From Coleofasciculus chthonoplastes F2-STO-03 (GTDB taxonomy: Bacteria; Cyanobacteriota; Cyanobacteriia; Cyanobacteriales; Coleofasciculaceae): 64,000 bases of DNA. The notes beneath the pieces are model-generated. The model had not been told where the DNA came from and did no database searches. It saw only the letters and a program-made list of their open reading frames with translations. Both the position numbers and the translations under genes were made by a program. The stretch covers positions 16,823 to 80,822 of the forward strand of contig JAVJWO010000005.1 in NCBI GenBank assembly GCA_040222015.1, given 5' to 3'. Each line of letters starts with the position of its first letter. Positions within the stretch are counted from its first letter, which is position 1. Positions 27,690 to 37,016 of the stretch are shown piece after piece.

Positions 27690-30600
27690 TTGGAATGTAA
27701 TGGTGCGGTGGCACGAAACCCGAATCAGAAAAGCCGCGATCGCATTAGCGTCCCTCGAATGGTATTGACCGCAACAAGCATCTGGGGATGTTGGACTGGC
27801 GTTGTTTTAACTCAGCCTGCGATCGCGCAAATTACTCCTGATGCTACTTTGGGTCTTGACAGGTCAAGATTAGACACCGGAAGTCCCCCGGCAGATATTC
27901 TGATTCGAGGCGGCGTCTCCCGTGATTCTCACCTGTTCCACAGCTTTGAGACGTTCAATGTGGGAGATGGACAACGAGTTTATTTCGCCAACCCTAGCGG
28001 GATTGAAACCATTTTCACTCGCGTCACTGGTGAAAACCTGACAACTATTCTAGGAACCTTAGGCGTCGATGGATCAGCGAACCTGATTCTGCTGAATCCC
28101 AATGGTATCTTTTTTGGCGAGAATGCTCAATTAGATGTGTCCGGTGCATTTCGAGCCACAACAGCAGATAGCGTTATTTTTGAGAATGGACTGGAATTCA
28201 GCGCCACAAATCCTCAACCCCCATCTCCTCTACTCACCATTAACGTTCCCATTGGTTTGCAATTTGGAACCAATCCCGGCACGATTGTCAATCAATCCAT
28301 CGTTGGACTATCTGTGAAATCCGGTCAAACCTTGTCCCTAATTGGTGGAGATGTGGAGTTAGCAGGGAGTAATCTTACCGCACCTGGGGGAAAAATTGAA
28401 CTGGGTTCTGTTTTTAATGGGGAGTGGAACCTCAATTCTCCCCAATCCTCGTTCCCCAATGCTACAAGTTCGACATTAGGCACGATTCAATTGATAGAAC
28501 AAGCCACCGTCGATACCAGTGGTGAAGGTGGGGGCGAAATTCTGGTGCAAGGACGACAAGTTTCCGTCCGCGATGGGTCAGAAATTAAGTCCATTACTCA
28601 AGGATCTCAACCTGGAGCTAATTTAACCATAAACGCGGCTGAGTTGGTCGAAGTCATCGGCGCTGCACCTACACCCGATGGTGATTTAGTTCTCAGTAGC
28701 ATCAAGGCAAATACAGTCGGTACTGGATCAGGGGGAGATTTAACCATTAACACAGGACTCTTAAGGGTGCAGGGTAGAGGCTTAGTTTCCACCTCAACCT
28801 TTGGTGGCGGGACAGGGGGAGATCTAACGATTCGGGCTTCAGAGGCTGTAGAACTGAGTGGTTCGGGATTTGAGGCTTTGCAACTCAGCGTTATCTTAAG
28901 GGCGTTAGCCACACCCGAATCATTGACACCCGAACTATCAGAACTATTAAAGGCATTAGGTTTACCCCCCCCACCCTTACAAGTGTCCGATATAGAAGAC
29001 TTTGTTGGAGGCGGACTTTTAGCGGGTACTCAAGGAAGTAGTGCATCAGCATCAGCCGGTCGTTTAACCATTGACACGAATCGGTTAGTGATGCGGAATG
29101 GCGCGATCGCGTCTACACCAACAGGGGGTGCTGGGAGAGGGGGAGATGTCTTAGTCAACGCTTCTGAGTCCGTTGAAATATCCGGTTCTGCCTTTGTCAC
29201 CGGGGCGTTTCAAGGAACCACAGGTGATGCAGGGAATCTCAGATTAAATACGCAACACCTAACCCTAAAAAATGGAGGACTCCTGCAAACGATTACCTTG
29301 GCTCAAGGGGATGGGGGAAGTTTGCAAGTCAACGCCTCTGAGTCTGTGCAAATGGACAGCACTCCCATTGGCGCTCTTGCTCCCACGGGGATTTTTGCTA
29401 ACAGTATCTTTGGTACAGGGACAGGCGGCGACATCACCGTGAATACACGCCAGATGACTATGCGCGAAGGGGCGCAAGTGGGCAATCAGACGGGTGCATT
29501 AACAGGATTGGGGTTAATTCCGGTGGGGGGTCCAGCTGGAGATGTTGTCATCAATGCAACTGATTTTATTGAAATTGACGGTGTATCCCCAGATTCTCGG
29601 TTTATTAGTGGTCCGGGAACCACCAGTTTTAGTGGAGCGCCAGCCGGGGATGTCACCGTTTCTACCCGTAATCTGATCATTCGCAATGGCGGTAATATCT
29701 CAACTACGACTCTGAGTGCGGGAGATGGAGGCACATTAACGGTTAATGTCTCCGATAAGCTGGAACTCGTCGGTACAGGAATTTCTACAGGGGGAGGAGT
29801 CACTGTCGAAATTCCCAGTAGTTTAGTCTCTTCCTCCGGACGTGCTGACTTTCCCGCCTTGCAAGCCACTGGGGACGCGGGTGTTTTAGAGGTAAATGCA
29901 GGTCAACTCATCATCCGAGATGGCGCAGAAGTTGCCGTGAATAGTCTTGGTTCAGGGAATGCGGGGACATTAGAAATTGTTGCTGATTTGATTCAATTGA
30001 ATAATCAGGGAAGGATTAATGCGGCAACTGATTCGGGTCAAGGGGGTAACTTATCCCTAAAAACTCAAAGCTTGCTGATGACTCAAGAGAGTCAGATTAC
30101 CACCGATGCTGGGAATACAGATGGGGGTAATATTACCATCATCACCGATACCTTAGTCGCTCTAGAAAATAGCGATATTACGGCGAATGCTCAACAAGGT
30201 CGAGGGGGACGAGTTAGTGTTACGGCTCAAGGTATTTTTGGCACTGAGTTTCGGGAGAAATTGACACCAGAAAGTGATATTACAGCCACCTCTGAATTGG
30301 GTCCTGAGTTTAGTGGTACTGTGAATATTGTGATCCAGGGTATTGACCCCTCTCAAGGATTAGTTGAGTTCCCCGAAAATTTCACAGATACCAGCACACT
30401 TATTGCTCTTGGCTGTGCTGCTAATGAAGGGAATTACTTTGCCATAACGGGGCGCGGTGGCTTACCTGCCAACCCAACTCAACCCCTTACCAGTGAGACA
30501 GTGTGGTCAGATGTACGCAATTTATCGGTGGCGTCTTCCCCATCGTCTGTCGCTAAAACAAAAAACAATTTCCACTTTTCCCGACCCAATCCTCAACCTC

Positions 30601-30719
30601 AAATTATTGAAGCACAAGGCTGGATTGTCAATGAAAAAGGTCAAGTTGAATTGGTAGCTAATTTACCGGAAGCTTCTCCCCAACGTCCTCGATATAAACC
30701 ACAAACTTGTTCTTTTTAA
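27690..30719 (+). CDS. Filamentous haemagglutinin N-terminal (TPS) domain exoprotein
   Basis: Signal peptide ending AIA-QITPD, LFHSF..FNV, NPNGI, GG.L.I repeats, TGRGGLP and IIEAQGW C-terminus; start uncertain. Confidence 0.88.
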   Translation: MECNGAVARNPNQKSRDRISVPRMVLTATSIWGCWTGVVLTQPAIAQITPDATLGLDRSRLDTGSPPADILIRGGVSRDSHLFHSFETFNVGDGQRVYFANPSGIETIFTRVTGENLTTILGTLGVDGSANLILLNPNGIFFGENAQLDVSGAFRATTADSVIFENGLEFSATNPQPPSPLLTINVPIGLQFGTNPGTIVNQSIVGLSVKSGQTLSLIGGDVELAGSNLTAPGGKIELGSVFNGEWNLNSPQSSFPNATSSTLGTIQLIEQATVDTSGEGGGEILVQGRQVSVRDGSEIKSITQGSQPGANLTINAAELVEVIGAAPTPDGDLVLSSIKANTVGTGSGGDLTINTGLLRVQGRGLVSTSTFGGGTGGDLTIRASEAVELSGSGFEALQLSVILRALATPESLTPELSELLKALGLPPPPLQVSDIEDFVGGGLLAGTQGSSASASAGRLTIDTNRLVMRNGAIASTPTGGAGRGGDVLVNASESVEISGSAFVTGAFQGTTGDAGNLRLNTQHLTLKNGGLLQTITLAQGDGGSLQVNASESVQMDSTPIGALAPTGIFANSIFGTGTGGDITVNTRQMTMREGAQVGNQTGALTGLGLIPVGGPAGDVVINATDFIEIDGVSPDSRFISGPGTTSFSGAPAGDVTVSTRNLIIRNGGNISTTTLSAGDGGTLTVNVSDKLELVGTGISTGGGVTVEIPSSLVSSSGRADFPALQATGDAGVLEVNAGQLIIRDGAEVAVNSLGSGNAGTLEIVADLIQLNNQGRINAATDSGQGGNLSLKTQSLLMTQESQITTDAGNTDGGNITIITDTLVALENSDITANAQQGRGGRVSVTAQGIFGTEFREKLTPESDITATSELGPEFSGTVNIVIQGIDPSQGLVEFPENFTDTSTLIALGCAANEGNYFAITGRGGLPANPTQPLTSETVWSDVRNLSVASSPSSVAKTKNNFHFSRPNPQPQIIEAQGWIVNEKGQVELVANLPEASPQRPRYKPQTCSF

Positions 30720-31027
30720 TTCTTGGGAGGAACTCAGATCAAGCAAAAAAACTCTGCGCCCCTCTGCGTAAACCTCGGCGTCCCTCTGCGTTAAAAAAAC
30801 ATAATTTCGATGCGAACTTATATGACATGAACTCAAAAACCCTTGAGCGAAGTGTCAATACTGCAAATTAAGTCAGGGCGGGTTTTGTACAAACGTTATG
30901 ATCAATAGCGAAACGTATAGCGCTTCGCGCCCGCCCCTACTTGTCTCAAAACCAGGTTCCTTTGAGCAAAGGATCAACCCTCAACACTCTCTATGGATAC
31001 CGTTAACTATCAAAATCAGGTCAAACT

Positions 31028-33838
31028 ATGAAGTGGGCTAGTCAAATTTTTCGGCTAAAGATTCGGTCTAGTTTGAGACAGTATGCTTCCATTGTGATAC
31101 TGTTTGGGCTAACCCTGTTTCTCGTCACCACGGTATTGCCTGCAATCTCATATCCGGTTGAATCTTTACACCTTAGTGGAGACAAGGTAGAGGGCAGTGG
31201 TTCGACAGGCTCACCAACCAGGCAGAGGGCAGAAGGACGTGTGGCTATTGCCCAAACCGATAAAATCTTATACCTTGGGGATATTAGCAACCACTTAAAA
31301 CGCCAACCCCCAAACGCCAAAATTGCCAATTCCCCAACCCCCTTAGAACAAGGAATTGCCGCCTTTGAAGCGGGACGTTTTGCTGAGGCGGCTCAATTTT
31401 GGCAACAAGCCGCCCAAGAGTATGAAGCAAAGCGCGATCGCCTAAACCAAGCCCTAAGTTTAAGTTATCTCTCGTTAGCCTATCAAAATTTGGGACAAGT
31501 CCAGGACGCAGAACAAGCGATTAGCCAAAGTCTTGATCTGTTGCAACACCAAGACAATTGGGAATCAGGGGGTTTGGCGATTCTGGGTCAAGCCTTGAAT
31601 ACGCAGGGACGCCTGCAACTCACCAAAGGACAAGCTGAAGCCGCCTTGGATACCTGGAAACAAGCCACCGACGCTTACAGTCGTGCGGGTGATGAAACCG
31701 GAAAACTGGGAAGCCAAATTAACCAAGCCCAAGCCTTACAAACTTTGGGACTCTATCGACGGGCGCAAACCCGCCTAGAACAGGCAAATCAACACCTCCA
31801 AGCTCAACCTGACTCCCTGCTAAAAGTTCAAGGGTTGCAGAGTTTAGGAATTGCCCTGCAAGAGTTGGGTGATCCCAAAACGTCCCAAACCCTTTTAACC
31901 CAAAGTTTAGCGATCGCTCAAAATCTTAACCCAACTCCCGATACCAGTGCGATTCTGTTGAGTTTAGGGAATGTGGCGAGAGATTTACAAGAGGATGACA
32001 AGGCTTTAGATTATTACCAGAAAGCAGCTAAAAATGCAAGCAATTCGCTGATCCAAATCAAGGCTCAATTGAACCAACTGAGTCTGTTGATTGATAGTGA
32101 ACAGAACGAGACGGCGATCGCACTATTACCGCAAATCCAAGTTAGTCTCGCCACCCTATCCCCCAGTCGGGCGGCGGTTTATGCTCAGGTAAATTTTGCA
32201 GACAGCCTGATGCGGATGGGAAGTGATGTAGAGACGTGCCATGGCACGTCTGGATGTCAATTGGTAGGGGCGGGTTTAACCGATAATGTTACCCCAGAAA
32301 CCGGAAGCGCTAAAGCGCTGACTACGAACAGTGCGATCGCGCAATTGTTAGCCAAAGCCATTCAACAAGCTAGACAGATTCAAGACGCTAAAGCTGAATC
32401 CTACGCCATTGGACAATTAGGCAAACTTTACGAACAAAAGCAGCAGTTAGCCGAGGCGCAAAAGCTGACACAACAGGCGCTGAGTCTAGTTCAAGGCATT
32501 AATGCTGGCGATATTGCCTATTTATGGGAATGGCAACTGGGTCGAATTCAGGAAAAGCAAGGCAATATAAAGGATGCCGTCGCCGCTTATACCGTAGCCG
32601 TGGAAACCCTGCGATCGCTCCGCAGTGATTTGATTGCCCTGCCAAATTTACAATTCTACTTTCGAGAACGAGTTGAACCCGTCTATCGTCAACTGGTGGG
32701 ATTACTCCTCAAATCTGATCCGTCTCAAAAAAACCTGCAAAAAGCTCGCGAGGTGATTGAATCCCTCCAGCTTGCTGAATTAGATAACTTTTTTCGCAAC
32801 ACCTGTACCCAGGCGCAATCCCAGCAAATCGATCAGGTTGATCCCACAGCAGCAGTCATTTATCCAATTATTCTGCCCGATCGTTTAGCTGTGATTCTAT
32901 CATTGCCGGGACAACCCCTGCGCCATTATGAAACTCAATTACCGGAAGCAGAAGTCAACAACGCCTTTGTCCAACTCCGCAAATTCCTCAATCCTGTTCT
33001 GTCAAACAAACAACGGTTACGCTACTCCCAAGACATTTATGACTGGCTGATTCGACCCATAGAAGCCGCGTTAACCGACAATGAGATTAAAACCCTCGTC
33101 TTTATCCTGGATGGGGCGTTGCGAAATCTGCCTATGGCAGCCCTTCATGATGGAGAACAGTATCTCATTGAAAAATATAGTGTCGCGGTTAGTCCCGGAT
33201 TGCAACTGTTAGAACCGCGTGCATTAGACCGAGAACGGCTTCAGGCATTAATTGGTGGACTCAGCGAGGAACGTGGGGGGTTTTCTGCCTTACCGGGAGT
33301 TGAGTTGGAACTGAAAAAAATCTCGGATCAAGTACCGTCTGAGATGCTGTTCAATCAGGAGTTTACCACAACCACACTTAAGCAGGAAATTAGTGATGTT
33401 CCTTTCCCCATAGTTCACCTAGCTACTCATGGTCAGTTTAGTTCCGAGGTGGAAGATACGTTTATCTTGACTTGGGAAGGGCAAGTTAATGTCAATGATT
33501 TGGATCAACTACTGCAAGTTCGAGAACGAGAGGATAGCCAACCGATTGAATTACTGGTTCTCAGTGCTTGCCAAACCGCAACCGGGGATCAACGAGCCGC
33601 CTTGGGATTAGCGGGTGTTGCTGTACGTTCCGGCGCTCGCAGCACTCTGGCAACCCTGTGGTCAGTTCGCGACGAATCAACGGCTCAACTTATGGCTGAG
33701 TTTTACCAATACCTGACTCAAGCTGAAAACAGCAAAGCGGAATCTCTGCGTCAGGCACAGCTTTCTATCTTGAAAAATCCTAAGTACGAGCATCCTTATT
33801 ACTGGGCACCGTTTGTTTTAGTAGGCAATTGGTTATAG
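31028..33838 (+). CDS. Secreted TPR + CHAT domain protein
   Basis: Signal/TM N-terminus, TPR repeats, HLATHG, LSACQT, HPYYWAPF. Confidence 0.9.
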   Translation: MKWASQIFRLKIRSSLRQYASIVILFGLTLFLVTTVLPAISYPVESLHLSGDKVEGSGSTGSPTRQRAEGRVAIAQTDKILYLGDISNHLKRQPPNAKIANSPTPLEQGIAAFEAGRFAEAAQFWQQAAQEYEAKRDRLNQALSLSYLSLAYQNLGQVQDAEQAISQSLDLLQHQDNWESGGLAILGQALNTQGRLQLTKGQAEAALDTWKQATDAYSRAGDETGKLGSQINQAQALQTLGLYRRAQTRLEQANQHLQAQPDSLLKVQGLQSLGIALQELGDPKTSQTLLTQSLAIAQNLNPTPDTSAILLSLGNVARDLQEDDKALDYYQKAAKNASNSLIQIKAQLNQLSLLIDSEQNETAIALLPQIQVSLATLSPSRAAVYAQVNFADSLMRMGSDVETCHGTSGCQLVGAGLTDNVTPETGSAKALTTNSAIAQLLAKAIQQARQIQDAKAESYAIGQLGKLYEQKQQLAEAQKLTQQALSLVQGINAGDIAYLWEWQLGRIQEKQGNIKDAVAAYTVAVETLRSLRSDLIALPNLQFYFRERVEPVYRQLVGLLLKSDPSQKNLQKAREVIESLQLAELDNFFRNTCTQAQSQQIDQVDPTAAVIYPIILPDRLAVILSLPGQPLRHYETQLPEAEVNNAFVQLRKFLNPVLSNKQRLRYSQDIYDWLIRPIEAALTDNEIKTLVFILDGALRNLPMAALHDGEQYLIEKYSVAVSPGLQLLEPRALDRERLQALIGGLSEERGGFSALPGVELELKKISDQVPSEMLFNQEFTTTTLKQEISDVPFPIVHLATHGQFSSEVEDTFILTWEGQVNVNDLDQLLQVREREDSQPIELLVLSACQTATGDQRAALGLAGVAVRSGARSTLATLWSVRDESTAQLMAEFYQYLTQAENSKAESLRQAQLSILKNPKYEHPYYWAPFVLVGNWL

Positions 33839-33910
33839 TCGAACAAAGCCTTGATAGTTAATGGTTTCGGCTTTATGCAGCAAGCCATAGTTAGTCGATA
33901 AAATATTTCT

Positions 33911-33924
33911 GTAACAAACGATAC
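33911..33924. promoter_or_regulatory. Possible NtcA box GTA-N8-TAC
   Basis: GTAACAAACGATAC; no -10 box at the canonical activating spacing. Confidence 0.25.
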
Positions 33925-34362
33925 TTTTTATCAGCTTTGCTAACATTCCCAGCTTCCAGACGCGCTATGGCGCGTCTCTACTCCGTCTGAATCAGGATTC
34001 TCATTAAGGTGCAAGTGCAACTGAAATCTTGCGATCTAGGGAGTAAATCAGTATTATTGCGAGTCATCAACGGGGAAAACCCGAACTTTTCGTTAATTAG
34101 CTCGTTTTGAGATAGTTTGTTCAAAATCGTGGCAGATGGCAGCTCAGGTTCATCAAAAATCCCGGATGGGGATTATCGCAGGGCAGACTTAGATGTATTT
34201 TTGTGATCAACCTTACATAGAAAGACTTATTACAACATAAATCTTCTCAATTTTTATTCCTATGGGTTGAGTAAAATCTAGGGGTGAAGACTGGCTATTA
34301 TAAACAAAATTGTTTAATATTAATAGTGTCATTAGCCAAGGCATTTACTGTTCAAGAGGATT

Positions 34363-35136
34363 ATGCTCATGACTTGGCAACATTACTACACTTATATTAG
34401 CTTCTTTGTCCTCAGTCTGTTGTGGAACATCCTGCCGATTGAGGGGCTACCCGTGCAGGCGCAAGAGGTTATGCCGGGTAGAACGTTAGCCAGTCGGTCG
34501 ATGGTGACGGTAAGTTTCACACCGCCATCAACGGGTGAGCCACTCTTACCCAACAATAGACAAGGAGGAGGAACTCGTGATGGTGGATGTCCTCAAGACG
34601 CCAAGGCACTTGACCCAAGGATTACCCCTGTAATGCCCACGACTCGCCAAGGATTGACTGTGGCGGAGCGCCCAACATTTTTTGTTTACGTCCCTAAAAC
34701 CACGGCGAAGCAGGCACTTTTTGTGCTTAAGGACGAAAATGAGGATTATTATTACGAAACAACCTTGCCCATACCTAAACAAGCAGGGATTCTCAGCGTA
34801 AAGCTCCCCGATGAAGCATCCAAGCTAGAAATGGGTAAAACGTATCATTGGTCGTTTCTGATGATTTGTGGCGCACAAGTTACGCCCGATAGTCCCGGAG
34901 TCCAAGGCGTGATTAAACGGATTAAGCCGAATGGAACATTAAATCAGCTAGACGGAGAACCTCTGCTAGAACAGGCTCTCCAGTATGGGGCAAATGGTAT
35001 TTGGTTTGATACTCTGACAACCCTGGCTCAACTTAGACAATCTAATCCAGAGGATTCCTCCTTTCAAGTGGCTTGGGCAGACTTATTGAAATCGGTGGGA
35101 CTCGATGCGATCGCGACTCAGCCCCTGGTTAATTGA
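34363..35136 (+). CDS. DUF928 domain protein
   Basis: GGGTR.GC, LTVAERPTFFVYVP, Y.WSF..IC, YGANGIWFDTL, W..LL.SVGL. Confidence 0.85.
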   Translation: MLMTWQHYYTYISFFVLSLLWNILPIEGLPVQAQEVMPGRTLASRSMVTVSFTPPSTGEPLLPNNRQGGGTRDGGCPQDAKALDPRITPVMPTTRQGLTVAERPTFFVYVPKTTAKQALFVLKDENEDYYYETTLPIPKQAGILSVKLPDEASKLEMGKTYHWSFLMICGAQVTPDSPGVQGVIKRIKPNGTLNQLDGEPLLEQALQYGANGIWFDTLTTLAQLRQSNPEDSSFQVAWADLLKSVGLDAIATQPLVN

Positions 35137-35304
35137 TATCAGTTGGTGGGGGCGCTCTTTAATGATTTAAATAATACAGTCGCTTTTCTGAGATTAACGA
35201 TTGAGACTGGGGCGAGTCGAGACAGGTTAATTCTTACCCTCCACATTTATGCAGCGACTCGCCCCTACAACCCCTGCTTAACAGACGCTTCTGGCATCGC
35301 ATCT

Positions 35305-36792
35305 CTACAGTTGCAGATTCAGCGCATTGAGTTGAGCTTGGGCTTTTTGTAGAGACTCATACCATTCCTTTTGTGGATCACTGTCTGCCACAATCCCAGC
35401 ACCCACTTGCCCCCAAACCGTTGCTCCAGCTTGAGAATGGCTAGATTTACTATACAGCAACGTGCGAATCAAAATATTTAAGTCCAGGTTTCCTCGCCAA
35501 TCTAAATAACCGCAAGAACCATAAAATAAATTGCGCTTGACAGGTTCGAGTTCTTCAATAATTTCCATACAGCGAACTTTAGGACAACCCGTAATGGTTC
35601 CTCCCGGAAATACACCTTGAATCAAGTCGATTGGGTCACACTTAGGGCTGAGTGTACCCATAATATTGCTAACTAAGTGCATGACGTGACTGTAGCGTTC
35701 AATGGTAAGAAGTTCATTCACTTGTACAGTTCCCCATTCACAAACTCTGCCGATATCATTGCGCTCTAAGTCAACTAACATGATATGTTCGGCTCTTTCC
35801 TTCTTATTAGCAATTAACTCTTGGGCTAACTGCTCATCTTGAGTCGAAGTAGCGCCACGTTTTCGCGTTCCAGCAATCGGTCGAGTCTCAACTTTTGTGC
35901 CGGATAACTGAATCAATCGTTCGGGTGAACAGCTAATCATTGCCCCCCACGGCGTTTGCCAATAACTGGCAAAGGGGGAAGGATTAATCTGTTGCAACGC
36001 TCGATAAATTGACCAGCTATCCAAAGCGGTATGTGCTTCAAACCGTAACGACAAATTCGCCTGGAAGATATCGCCAGCTTGAATATATCGTTTCGCTTGC
36101 TGCACCGCTGCCATATAATCGTGCTGAGAGCTGTGGAAAATGGGAGTGATGGGATTACTTTTGTCCGGTTTGGCTGGATGCTTTACTCCTGTCTCTCTAT
36201 CCGCTTCCTCTAACTGACGTTGCAGGGAGTCGAGTTGAGTCGAATCTGTCGTCGCTAACCAGAGAATTTGCTGATGATGATCCAGCACCGCAAAGGATTC
36301 AGGTTCATACCAGTAGGCGATGGGGAAAGGCATAAGATCATCGTTTAGGTGGGGGAGTTGCTCAATTTCCCAGGCTAAGTCATATCCCAGCCATCCTAAC
36401 CAACCCCCTGTAAAGGGAAGTTCAGCAGGTAAAGGTGATTCTGGCTTTTGTACTTGAAGCAGGCGGCGCAGGAAAGGTAGAATGTTTCCCACAGGCGGTG
36501 TCCATAGTTGAGGTTGATTTTCCATTAACCGAGGAGAACCCGCACAAATCGAATATCGAGCCAGATGGGTAGGATTTGGCGTTAATGGGCTTTCTAAAAG
36601 AGTAGCAATGTGATAATTTGCTGTCAAATCGTTCCCCAGAGTTGAATCTCCTCTGGGATTGAGAAATAGCGCCTCGAAGACGTGCGAACCACTACGCTTA
36701 GCCAGAGGAAGCTGACGCCAATGCCAAGGTTGTACGGGGTTGAGGGAGGATGGTAGGGGGGCAAATAACTCAGGTGCGATCGCGGTATTCAC
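35305..36792 (-). CDS. Anthranilate synthase component I / PabB-family chorismate-binding enzyme
   Basis: GDIFQANLS, SCSPE, TRPIAGT, KERAEHIMLVDLERND, FPGGTITGCPK, GAGIVADS. Confidence 0.9.
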   Translation of the reverse strand: MNTAIAPELFAPLPSSLNPVQPWHWRQLPLAKRSGSHVFEALFLNPRGDSTLGNDLTANYHIATLLESPLTPNPTHLARYSICAGSPRLMENQPQLWTPPVGNILPFLRRLLQVQKPESPLPAELPFTGGWLGWLGYDLAWEIEQLPHLNDDLMPFPIAYWYEPESFAVLDHHQQILWLATTDSTQLDSLQRQLEEADRETGVKHPAKPDKSNPITPIFHSSQHDYMAAVQQAKRYIQAGDIFQANLSLRFEAHTALDSWSIYRALQQINPSPFASYWQTPWGAMISCSPERLIQLSGTKVETRPIAGTRKRGATSTQDEQLAQELIANKKERAEHIMLVDLERNDIGRVCEWGTVQVNELLTIERYSHVMHLVSNIMGTLSPKCDPIDLIQGVFPGGTITGCPKVRCMEIIEELEPVKRNLFYGSCGYLDWRGNLDLNILIRTLLYSKSSHSQAGATVWGQVGAGIVADSDPQKEWYESLQKAQAQLNALNLQL

Positions 36793-37016
36793 GTCTATTC
36801 GGTAGTAATTTTTTCTTTTGCTGCGCCTTTTGGCTACAATATTTGTATAACATCAACCCTCTATAGACAATAACAATTTAGTCAGTTTTCTGAGCAAGTA
36901 ATTTTACCTATCCGTCTTCAATAAGCTAAAAGTTCGGACGTAATAGGTTTATCAAAACTTGGTGAATTGAAAAACCTGCATCTATAAAATAGTGGCGATT
37001 TTTCAGCCAAAAGGTA

